Below, piece by piece: positions 24,175 to 36,100 of a stretch of 64,000 nucleotides of DNA. The notes below the pieces were generated by a model. That model was not told the DNA's origin. It made no database searches and worked only from the letters and a program-made list of their open reading frames with translations. Position 1 is the stretch's first letter, and every line of letters starts with the position of its first letter. Made by a program: the position numbers and the translations under genes. Origin of the DNA: Paraspadella gotoi (Eukaryota > Animalia > Chaetognatha); contig CM119264.1 of the NCBI GenBank assembly GCA_051294375.1, forward strand, positions 16,155,245-16,219,244, given 5' to 3'.

Positions 24175-27100
24175 CTACTTCTTGCTGAAACTGGTTTTCT
24201 TGGTAGCGGGCATTCCAATTCCAATGGACGCTCCCTGGGTAACCGACTGACTCATGGCGGGAACCATGCCGTGTCCCATAGATGGGTTGACCGACGCCGC
24301 GGTTTGGGTCATGGGGATGGACATACCTTGTCCGAGTCCGTGACCCATCGCTTGATTAATTCCGTGCGTCATTCCATGGTGCCCCATGCTGGGATGATGC
24401 ATGGATTGTCCCATGGAGACATTAAGGCCCTGGTTTATGCCGTGAGTCATGGTGGGCGCCAAGCCATGGTTGACAGATTGTCCCAAACTGCTCGTGGACG
24501 TTGAGATGCCGCCACTGAGATTCCCGCCAAGCCCAACCGTGGACTGGCCGCTCATTCCGCCTGAAGACGGACCGCCGGTTCCCCATCCGGACTGAGGATA
24601 AGGGGGCATTGGGGCTGCCGGGGCGTACTGCCCATAAGGAGACGCGTGATGAGTCGGGGCGGGAGGATATGGGGGAGGATAGTAAGAGAAATGAGGCGGA
24701 GGGGGAGGCGGAGCGTAATAAGGGTATGGAGGGTAATATGGTTGTTGCGAAGGATACCCGCTGATGGTCTAAAGGAAGAAAACAAACAAATATAGCAGTA
24801 ATGTGAGAATAATTCATTGAAATAAAACCTAGATTCATTCTTACCGGTTGATAAGGTGTAGTTAAGGTATTGTTTTCATTGCCTTGTCCCGTAAACTGTT
24901 GTTGCTGTGGCTGCTGTTGCTGCTGTTGTGGTCTTGTTCCCTGTTGAGATTGCGGTTGGTGATCTTCTTCATCTTCGTCGTCGTCATCATCGTCGCCAGC
25001 CTGCAACGCCTCCTCGATTTCTTCGTTATTCAAGTCGTCACCAAATTCCTTCATCAGCTCCTCGGCGAGTTCCTGTGGAGACTTGAAGCCTCCGGCGGAG
25101 TTCGTCGTCGAGTTGACAGGACCGACCGAGTGCTTCGTAGACGTCGAAGGCGCGACAGAGGCCGTGGGAGGATGAGTGTGATGAAGCGTCTGCTGAAAAT
25201 TATTGGATTGCTGGTGTGAGAGATTGTCGACATATTTTTTTGTGCCTTTTAAACCCTTGTCTCCTTTCGAGGCGGTGATCTTGGATCTTCCCTCTTCAGC
25301 GAGAAAATCGGCAGCTTCCGGTTCGTTAGCGGCGTTCCATCCCCGACGCATAGCGGCTGCTGCTGTTGCAGCGACGGCGCTGAGTTGACTCGAGCTTTTC
25401 GTGTTCTCGCCAGGTTTTTTATCCATAAATTGAGCAACCTTTTTTAATTTCTCACTGAGACTTCCGCCCTGCGTCGATTCAAGATGCCGCATGATTTTCG
25501 AATCCGACTGAAGCATCATCGCCATGTCCTTCAAGCCCCGCAAGCCACCAACTGCCTGTCCGGAAGCTGTCTGAGAAGATGTCGTCGGAACGTCCGAGAC
25601 ATCCGCTTGAGGATTAGATAAGGAAGAGTAGGTCGAGGGAAATGACGGGGATTGGAAGTCGTCAGCCTCGCCATCCCAATCGTCTTCTCGTTCTTCCTCC
25701 CAGTTAGCTGCATCCCGATCTACAGAGGAATCCTCGTGTGGCTCTTCATCGTTGGATCCTCCTCCAGATGAGACGGCATTCCGTGCAGTTGAATTTGAAG
25801 CGTTAGACTGCGTGACAGATCGAGAATTTTTTGCCGGGGCGGTTTCCTGCGCTTGTTTGGCCATCATTTGTAACTGTTCTTTCAGAGATCCGCTGGTTGC
25901 ACCGGTAGCCAGCTGCGTCGCCACAGAGGGATCGTTCTGGAGTGAAAGCGCGATTTGTTTAAGTTGAGAGAATGTGGTGGAAGTGGAGGCGCCACCGAGG
26001 AAAGGTCGACTCAATGCAGTCGTCGCCGCCGCTGTTGCGTTTTGCGGCTGAGGTTTGACCTTGACGACCGTCTGCGTTGGCGATGGTTTGGCGGTGAAGG
26101 GATTTCGATTGAGAAACGAAGACTTGGAGGATGTCGTCAAACCCGTGGAAATCGATTGCGAAAACGGACGAACTTGCTGTTGTCGAGACGCGTTGGGCCA
26201 TTTCGTCGATGAAGGTAAAAACTGTTGGCTTTTCGATTCGTCCGCATTCTCGCTACTAATCTCGTTTTGGTCGGAGTCTACGTCGTTAGCCACAGGATTG
26301 GGAACTACCTCTTCCGACGTAAATGCACCGTCGTCGTTGGTAAAATCAGCGTCATCTGAGGGGAAATCTCCTTCATCATCGTCATCATCTTCACCAAAAT
26401 TATCCTGAAAATCTGCGTCCTTGGAGATTTCGAGGGAAGTATCAGCTCCAGTTTCCGGTGGAAGGGCCGCACTGTCGGCGTCTTCTTCAGCCAGGGCCGT
26501 CGGCAACCAGACATCGTCGCCAGGTTCTTGTTCACCACCGCTATCGAAAGACTCTGTACCCGCCGGTAGTTGATTTGCAGGAGTGGGACGACGGTCGTCG
26601 TTCTGATTCTGCAGAAAGGTTTTCAACTTTTCGGCCAAGGATGATCCCGGAGTAGAGTCTAGTTTTTCCACTAAACTCGGATCGTTTTGCAGCATTGATG
26701 CCATCTCCTTCAGTTTCTGGAAAACGTTAAAGAATTTCAAAAATAATACATGTATTTATTTTCCGAAGTACAATGACAATTTCTCACCTGAAAAGATCCG
26801 TCCGAAGAGGCAGCAGAGGAATTTTTCTTGCCGGGGAAATTTAAGGACGTCTGGCGCCTCGTTACGTTTTGCCGAGAAGCTTTAGAACTTGCCGGGGTCA
26901 CAAAGTCAGTCTTCGTTACGTCCGTCAAAGCTTTAGAGATCGTTAATGCCTCCGCCTTGGTCAGTGACGAAAGCATGGGCGTCTTGTTCGTAAAGGCGTC
27001 TTCATCTTCTTCCTCCTCCATTCCGTCGCCGCCTTCCCCCGATCCAATATTGTCGTCACCGCTTTCCGTCGCTGCGCCATCTTCGCGGTCGGCTTCACTT

Positions 27101-30100
27101 GTCTCGACTTTTCCGTCGTCGTTGTTCCCTTCTCGTTCGGCGTCACCTCCATCGCCCAGATTGTCCTCAGCGTTGGGTTCGGAATCGTCAACCGAGGTCG
27201 CCGACGCCGCCGCTGTCGCCGACGAAGACGTTGCACCGGAGGGATGATCTATGGGATTCATCTCATCGGGGGAGATACCGGCGGCAGCCATTTGCGAAGC
27301 CGTACGGACGGCAAAAATTTTTCCGTCCATGGTTCGGATGTATATACCCTTAGGAGTTCGAATGACGAGAACCTGGGAACCTAGGGACCAAGAGCATTTA
27401 AATTTTAAAGTTGGATATTGGAAAATATTAGCACGGACGATGAAATCTCACCCGCGGGAATCTTAGTAGCTTCACCGGATTCGTTTGAGCTGGGAATACC
27501 GATGTCAGTGGTGGTCGTGACCTGTTGGACAGACACTCCCGCTTGCGCCATGCTGTTCGACGCAGTAGAACCTTGAGGAACAATTTAGAGATAGATGAGC
27601 AAAAGAGACATTTACTGTAAAGAATAAACAGTAGAACAATCAATTCGGCTTCCCAATATGTAACAATAACTTTGTAATAACCTTGCGATTTAAGGTGACC
27701 AGTGACGGGTGTGGACTGCAACGGCTTGACGGTTCCAACGGGACGAGAATTCGTACCCCCACCCTTGCTGACGAGGGCCTCGTTAAAACGCGGGGAGGCT
27801 GTGTTTCCGTATATAGTGAGATTACCGACGCGGTGGAGAGGAAAGGTGACGCCTGATCCGGTGCCGCTCCCAGTGCCGGCGCTTGCCGACGCAGCGGCGC
27901 TCATCAGGCCACTCAGTCCTCCGGCGACACCTCCGTAACCCTAACATTAGAAATAGGTACGCTTCAAGAATAGGAAATGAATAAATGAAAAAAATAATGA
28001 TCGACACTCACCTTTTTCAGCAATCCAGCGATTGCACCGTAACCTCCCAACCTCTGCTGTACGAAACCTGCCTTGGCCAAGCCAGCTACGGTTGCCGCAG
28101 TTCCTTTAGGGTAAAAAGCTGCGTAGTTGGGGCGAACGTAATTCGTTGAAGACTTCTTTTCCATTTCGTATCCTTTCTGAGCCAATCTTAATAGATAATA
28201 AATACGAAAAAAATTACCTATATTATAAGTCCTTAAATAATAATAGAAATGCAAAAAATAGACCCACTTTTTCTCTGTTCGAGACAACTTATTGTCCTTT
28301 CGATCTATGAGCAGTGATTCGTGATGAAACGGGATTTTGACAAGCCACTGCTGATAATTGGAGCAGACGTCTTTCAAAAGGTCGTCAGTAGCTTCTTTCA
28401 CATAATCACTATTAAAAAAAAATTTATTTGAATAAATAAAGAATCAGGACTCGATGCATCACGAATATAAAAAAAAAACCTTGTATCTAGAGGAGGAGGC
28501 TCTTCTTCTTTGAACTCCAAAAGCACGGCAAGATCTTTTTTGGTCATCAACATATCAGGATTTAATTCATCAACAACGCGATCGGCCACTCCTTGTTTGG
28601 ACACCTGAATTTTAAAAATAATATAATATAATATAATATAACACAAAACGTAGTATTAACATTTTAGTTAGCATTTTGAAAAGTTAAATTCTCAAAACGA
28701 TTACGACTGTCTGTATAAAGTATATAGTCATATATTATCTATATATATGGTTAAAAAAAGTTTAATGGTTATGATAAAAGCATTTTATTTTGCAATTTGA
28801 AGGAAAATACAACTTTTTAATACATTGTTGGACCACCAATTGCTTCCAGCCTCGCTTCCATGCGACGAGAGAGAGAGTCGTAATACTGAAGTCTCTTAAG
28901 GAATTGACAGTTATTCTTATGATACCAGCACCAAATTAGGTACACAGCTTCTTAACAACATAATACAACTTTTCAGTGAAGGAGAACAAAAATTCGAGGT
29001 GGTTATGGCAAAAGCCGGGTTGCCTGTGATGCCCATTGGGATGGGGCATCTCACTGTTGGCTTTGGGGGCTTCCGACCCTCAGTGACGCCTCCAGTCACT
29101 GGCGCGGTTACCCTAGGACGGTCTCGCTTTGCCAACGCAGAGGGAAGTCGTTAGGACTGTGGATGGAACACTACGCCTGGGATGGTGTGTTCCCCTCTGA
29201 GCCAATGGATTTGGCTGACGGATGGTGGACGTGAGGCGTGTGAATATACCGCCACAGGATCCCGGGCCAAGACATCACTCAGGTTCCTCAAGCCTGAGAG
29301 GTGTCTGACAAGACTGTTACCATAGGGAGAGAGAGAGAGCGCGCGAGTTGTGGGGTAAGGCGTAGTGAAAGTTACGTACGAAAATTCTAAAGGTCAATTA
29401 TGAACAACATACCATCAGTGAACATTAATTTGTAAAAAAAATTAATTTTATGTTTTTTAATTTTCGCAGTAGGCTATATTTATATATAGTACTATCCTTA
29501 TAAAATCGAAAAATTTCAAAATAGGCTTTTCTTAATTTTGATTGCAGATTTGAATTCCTCGTCAAAAGTTGATAAAAGAAAATATAAATTATTTTTAAAA
29601 TTATTTCATTAAGTGAGTTAAAAATTACAAAAACTATATTTAATATATAAAAAGTTAATTTTCAGCTTAAAATATAACTTTTTCTAATTTTTGACCCACT
29701 TAATGAAGGAATTTTTCAAAAAGAGTTATATTTCTTTTTATCAAATTTTTATGACGAATCCAAATCTGCAAAAAAATCTTAGAAAAAACTGTTTTGAAAT
29801 TTTAACATTTATTGGATTAGTACTAGTATAAATATGGCCTACTGCGTAAATTGTAAAATTTATTATAAATTTTTTTTATACATAAATGTTCATTAGTATA
29901 ATGTTGTTCGTTCCTCACTTTTAGAATTTTAATTAAAGTTAAATTTAGAAATTTTACTACGCCTTATTGTGGGGGCATAGGCGTTTGTCGTAGCGTACCC
30001 AAGGGGCATAGGCGTTTGTCGTAGCGTACCCAAGGTCGGCAGGGCATAGGCGTTTGTCGTAGCGTACCCTGAGAAGGTTGCGTGTTCGATAGTAGGGCTC

Positions 30101-33100
30101 ACCACTTATGGCAACACTTATGGTCTCCTAGTAATTTGAGGATGAAGTGTCTCGTCAACATATGAAGTGCAGCCATTTTTTTATTTATCAATATAATTTT
30201 TAGTTGCATCTTGAAGCTAAACCTTAATCAAATTTAGAGATTTTTTTTAAACGTGAAGGAAATACACTTCCTTTTGCATAATAACACATTGTACAAAGCT
30301 TTATGGGCCTTAAGAAGCTACGTACAAAATTTGGTGCTGGTATCATAAAATAACTATTCTTTTGCCTAACTTCCTAAAGAGACTTCAGTATAAAGGCTGC
30401 ACAAATATGAAGGGTTCAGCTCCTGCTATATGCATTTTATAATTTTCTTTATTTTATCGACTGTCGTGGCGTTGTATCCTTGACCAAACATTTTCGATAA
30501 TGTTGCAGTCAGGCGAGTTTCCAATAAAAAAATTTTGCATAAAAAAAATTATGAAATAAAATATTGTTTTTTTTTTATTTTAATAATATTTAGCCTTATT
30601 AAGTTGCTATGTATTCCATTCTTTTAACGCTAATGAAGGCTTTTCTTCTCTTCTTTTCTTCTCTTCTCTGTGTTTCTATTTTTATCTTCCTCTTTCCTCC
30701 CCTACTTTTCACGCCGTAACTTACCTTTTCTACGACCCTACCTTTCTCTGCCACTATTTGACTTTCCTTATCTCTCGCCTTCTCTTTCTTTTCCCCTCTT
30801 TTCCCCACGTCTTTTTTTTCCATTTTCCCCTTTTTTATCCGCCTTTCCGTTATCTCCCTATTTTTCCTCTTTTCCTTCTTTTTTATGCTTTTCCCCCTTT
30901 CTCTCTCATTATCTCCCCTTCTCCTTTTTCTGTTCCCTCCCACTACTTTTCTACTTTTACATTGAGCCTAATGAAAGAAATTCCTTAATATGCATTATAA
31001 GAAAAAAATTTACGGTATCTCATGATTTTATTTCCATTTTGGTTGCCAAGCAGATTTAGTAAATCGACAGATTTTGCAGAAAAATTTTCTGCAAAATCTG
31101 TCGATTCTGAGAAAAAAGTCCTGACGCTTTCCATTGGTTTAAAAGGATGCGGTTTTTTTTGTTTTATTAACGTCAGTGATAATTTTGTAGGTGTTAAAAG
31201 CTCATTTTGTTAGTTTAAGCCAATTTAAACTATTTTTGTTAGATAATTAAATAAAATACTAAAACTGCGACTTTTTGACTTATCACTTTAAAATTAATTC
31301 ATAAGTGAACTATGAATGATTTAAGGAAAATATTTTACTCAAGGGTGAAGAAGATAAGGAAGAAAGGAATTCCAAAATAAAAAAAATTTCTCAACTTTCC
31401 TTGGCATTCAAATTTGAAGACGAAAGTGAAAATGGACGAAAATGGACATGATTTTTTTCCTAAGAGTTGCGAAAATATTACTCTTATAGGATTATAAATA
31501 GCTGGAGATCGTTTTAACCAATCCGTATTTTGGCCTAATTTATATTATGGTGCAAATTAAATTAATTATGTTAATAGTATATGAACAATACTGGAAAAAG
31601 TAGTTTTTTTTCTGAATGCGAGGATTGTAAGCAAAGGCAAGATTGCTAATCAAATTTTTAAATCAATATTATTGCAGTCGTTTAAGCTGCAACTCTTCAA
31701 ATTCAGTGTAGATCGAATTTATTTACCATCTATTTAACTAAAGATTTTGTTCAAGACTGGAAAACCAACAGAGTAACAAGATTAATTGTTTAACTCTCCC
31801 CTTCTAAATTATCCCTTACCGTGTTTTAACTTCTTACCTATAATTTATTAACAACCAGATTGAAAAACAAATCTTTAAAAAATGTGCTTACTGCTTACCC
31901 ATTTAATTCAACAATTTTGTTATTTACTGATTTAAAAAAAAATTTATTTAAAACAGAATGTTTACATATAAATAAAAACAATTTTTTTGTAATTACTGAT
32001 GATTACAATGTATTTCTCGATGTATTAGCTCTAATACATCAAAGATTATGCATTGTTAAAGTGAATGACCCTTCCTCTTAAGCCGAAACATGTCCGTTTC
32101 TCTACTGAAATAAAAATCGTTGTTGAAATCAATATCAAACTTTTCTAATATTTAGCCGAAAAATCTCATTATGGTCTCGAATAAAAGATTTTTGTCAAGG
32201 CTTTCAAACAAACCCAAATCTTAATTAATAGGACGACAGACAAGCGAGTTAGTAGGGGTTCAAAATTTAAACTATTTTTTATCACATCTGTACTTCTTGT
32301 CTTCCACAAAGTAGTTACTGACCTGGCGATCGTATATTCTTTTCTCCATGGTATTCGACGTTATCAGACGATAAATGTAGCAATCCTTAGTTTGACCATA
32401 TCGATAAACACGACAAACGGCCTGCGCGTCATGGCAGGGATTCCACGAGGCGTCAAATATTACAACGCGGTTAGCACCTTCATTAGAGAAAAATCTTTTT
32501 AATACGACAGTTCAACTAACAAAATTAAGCAGTTTCAGCCCTAACTCACCAATCAAGTTAATTCCTAAACTTCCGGCTCTGGTGGAGATAAGAAAAAGCC
32601 AGCAGTGTTCGTTCTGGGGCGAGTTGAATTTATTAATCATTTTTTCCCTATCCATCGCCGACGTGCTTCCGTCGAGTCGAAGGTAGTGACGGTTCTTCGT
32701 CCAACGCTCGCGCCCCCTGCAGTTGGAGCAAGGGATACGTAGAAATAAGTAAAACGAGTCAAACATTTGATATAAAACAGTTAAGCACCTGTAGAGATCC
32801 TCCAAACAGCCAAAGTTGGCGCCGGGGTCGGCGGCCGACTCCTCCTTCTTCGGCGGCAGCGGAACCTCGTAATTTGCGAGGAAATTCTCGATGAGATTCA
32901 GGGTGAGGAGCGACTGGGAAAAAACCAGAATGCGGTCGCCCTTCTCGATGGAGAGCTAAAAAAGGTATATAAAAATAGTTGAGAAAACTGTCGAATCAAC
33001 TTTCGGACAGTAACTTTTTAAAACCATCACATTATCAGACATAATATAAAATAAAATATATAATTATCTTAGTATACATACTTAAGGGAGTGGTCTTTTC

Positions 33101-36100
33101 ATACAATTGAAACATTCTTGAAATATTATACCACTTCATTGATAGGGAAGCCAGGTACTCTGGGAGTGAATAAACGAGACTGTGAGAGAGTCTTGATTGA
33201 AAGCTTGCAGGGACCTGCTATGTCATTATCTTGTAAGAGTGATGGAGGCCTTAAACCACCAAAGCCTGTCCAAAGTTAGGGGCAAGATAGCTTATTTATT
33301 AAATGAATGGATAATTTTTATATTGGTTGTACCAATTTCATAATATAATATAAACAGAGCCAAACTTCGTCAATGGGGTGGGTCAGAAGTTTGATTTGGG
33401 AACCTTTCTAAATGAAACTTCATACATTTCTGAGAAAACTTTCAATGGAGCAAAATTTTCTAAAATGGCAAGAAGCATTAGTAATTAATTTTTTAATATT
33501 TATTTATAGATAGGAAATGTCAAAAATTTTTTTTTGAATTTTTTATTTTAAAAGCAGATTCAAATAGCTTATGAAAAGTTATCTACACAAAGTATAATTC
33601 TTTTTTCAATATTTTGATGATAAGTGGGTTAAAATTGAGAAAAACCTTAAAAATTCATCATCATCATCCGATGATTTTAGCAGTTTTTCCTAATTTTTAG
33701 TAATAAAACATCAAAATTTTAAAAAGTTGTAATTATATTTTTTGCTTAACTTTTTAAGCTCTATCAGAATCAATTAAAAAAACTTAAAATATAAAAAAAA
33801 ATTTTTTAACATTATATAGCAATATAATAATATTAATTAGTGAATTACTCATGGTTCGGAACATTTTTGCAAAAAATATTTTAACACAATAATTAATACC
33901 AATAATGGATTAGTTTAATGCTGTTCCAATTAAAATTTGAATTTGGTCGGCTACCGCTAATATAAATATTAGGGTAGTGCGGGGTAATTCGGAACACTTT
34001 TGGAAGTATTAGAATTTATTTTAATAGTTAATTTATTTTAAAAAAAATTCTGGTGATATATCTAGAATGTCCCTGCAACAGGTTTTTATCTTGCGGCCCC
34101 AAGGGGCTCCGAGGGCTGAATTTTTAAAAAAATTAATATATGTATATTTTTTTATAATATTACAGAAAATAATAACTAAAACACTATTAATTAGAGCATA
34201 AAGCCTCTCATTAATGTTGTATAAAAAATGTTAAATCTTAAGTGGGTAAAATAATTTCTAATACTATGTTCTTTTGGAAACCCTCGTTATTAAATGACAA
34301 TAGATACAAATTTTGTATATATTTTTTGATTTTTAGTATTTTAGTTTAGTATTGTAGTTTTTTATTTCTTTTCATTCCTGAATATCGTCCCCATTTTTTC
34401 TTTTCCAAACTTTTGTATATTTTTTATTGCTACAAATAGATTTTTTTACTGTACCATTAATAGTATAATAAATTTTTCTGCCTAATTCTTTAAATGTTGC
34501 TAACTATTATTAATACTTAATTTAAAAGCATATGAGTAAACACAGAGTTACTTTACAGGTGTTCCGTTTTACCCCAATTTACTTGTAACTATGTAAAAAA
34601 TAATTGAATTATTTGTTCGAAATAATGTGTTAGTGACAGAACTGTTCAATATAAGCAGTCCCTGAGCTTCGGATCAGGCTGTAACACTTACAGGCGGGTT
34701 AAGCGCCCCGTCCCTCTTAACTGTCAGGCGACTACCGGGCTAAAACCCCAGACCTTTGGGTTGGGAAGCGAATGACTTGCCTCCGGCACCAATGGTCGCT
34801 GAAGAATGGTTGGTGGATTTTAGTTCACCATACATCCCCCCTCCCGTAGGGAGAAGTCTGTTGCGTCTCTTCAGTGAATTGTTGTTGGTGGAAAGTTTGT
34901 CACCAAGTTGAGGCATATTGCCTGAAGTGTTGTGGGCGGAAAGTGCATCGCCAGGTTGAGGCATGTCGCCTGAAAGTGTTGTTGTTGCTGTTGTGTTCGG
35001 AAGTCGGGCTCACCAATGAAGAGACAGTAATTATTGTTATGTGTTAGTGACAGAACTGTTCAATATAAGCAGTCCCTGAGCTTTGGATCAGGCTGTAACA
35101 CTGTTACAGGCGGGTTAAGCGCCCCGTCCCGTCCCGACCACCGGGCTAGAACCCCAGACCTTTGGGTTGGGAGGCGAATGACTTGCCTCCGGCACCAATG
35201 CTGCTGATGAACGGTTGGTGGATTTTAGTCCACCATACTATATAACTAAAAGTTAGTAGTCTCATCTATCAGATATCTTGTAAGAGTGATGGAGGCCTTA
35301 AACCACCAAAGCCTGTCCAAAGTCAGGGGCAAGATAGCTTATTTATTAAATGAATGGATAATTTTTATATTGGTTGTATCAATTTCATATTAATATTCAA
35401 TAGTCATATGACGTCAAATATGACTGACAGAGGCTTGAAAACGACTACTCAAAAGACGAAATATCTAAAAGAGAGAGAGCTACATATAATTAAAAGAGAA
35501 AAGAGAGAGAGAAAGAAACATAAAAATAGACGAGAATCTCGCTTAAAAAAAAATTCAACATTTTTCTAATAGAGAATTCCGTTCAAATCTGACTACCCAA
35601 ATTGCAAACGCGTTTGCCAGAAATTCGATTAAAAAACACTTGTAAAAACGCACGATTCCGATATTGTTACATCTGAAGAGCTTATCCTATTCGTTTTATG
35701 GCATTTGATAAAGGATTTAATATCAAACAAGCCAGGGGAAATGCACTACTCATCTCCGGAGAATTTTCAAACCTCATTTTTACTATAGAAATGAAAGGGA
35801 AAGTTTACAAACTTAAAATTGCAAACGGGATTGCTATATGTTCCTGTTACATGAGCGACTTCGACTTTCGCGATTCTGATAGCTTTGTGTCCGAAGAGCT
35901 TGTCCTATTTTTCTTTTTTCATTTTATAATGATTTTAACATAAAATGATAAGGTTTAAATGAAATAGTCCGGTTTGAATCGCGAAATTTTTATTTAAAAA
36001 GAAATTAAAAGGAAGGTTGAGAAAAAAACTGATTTTTCCTAATATCTTTTGAAGGAATAAAGATAAAGGGATGGTAATAGTACCAAAATGAAGCCATAAT

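Noticed and set aside
23123-24175. Possible operon of three co-oriented nuclear genes
   Set aside because: Stop-to-start gaps are ~1-2 kb, HMGB has its own CCAAT-rich upstream region, and there is no evidence of trans-splicing in the sequence.
30599-31059. Lys/Glu-rich and Phe/Ser-rich ORFs
   Set aside because: Translation of a pyrimidine-rich low-complexity intronic tract.
35130-35204. Functional tRNA-Gly gene
   Set aside because: The acceptor stem and D-arm do not close properly, and it is attached to a repeated body, so it is a SINE head.
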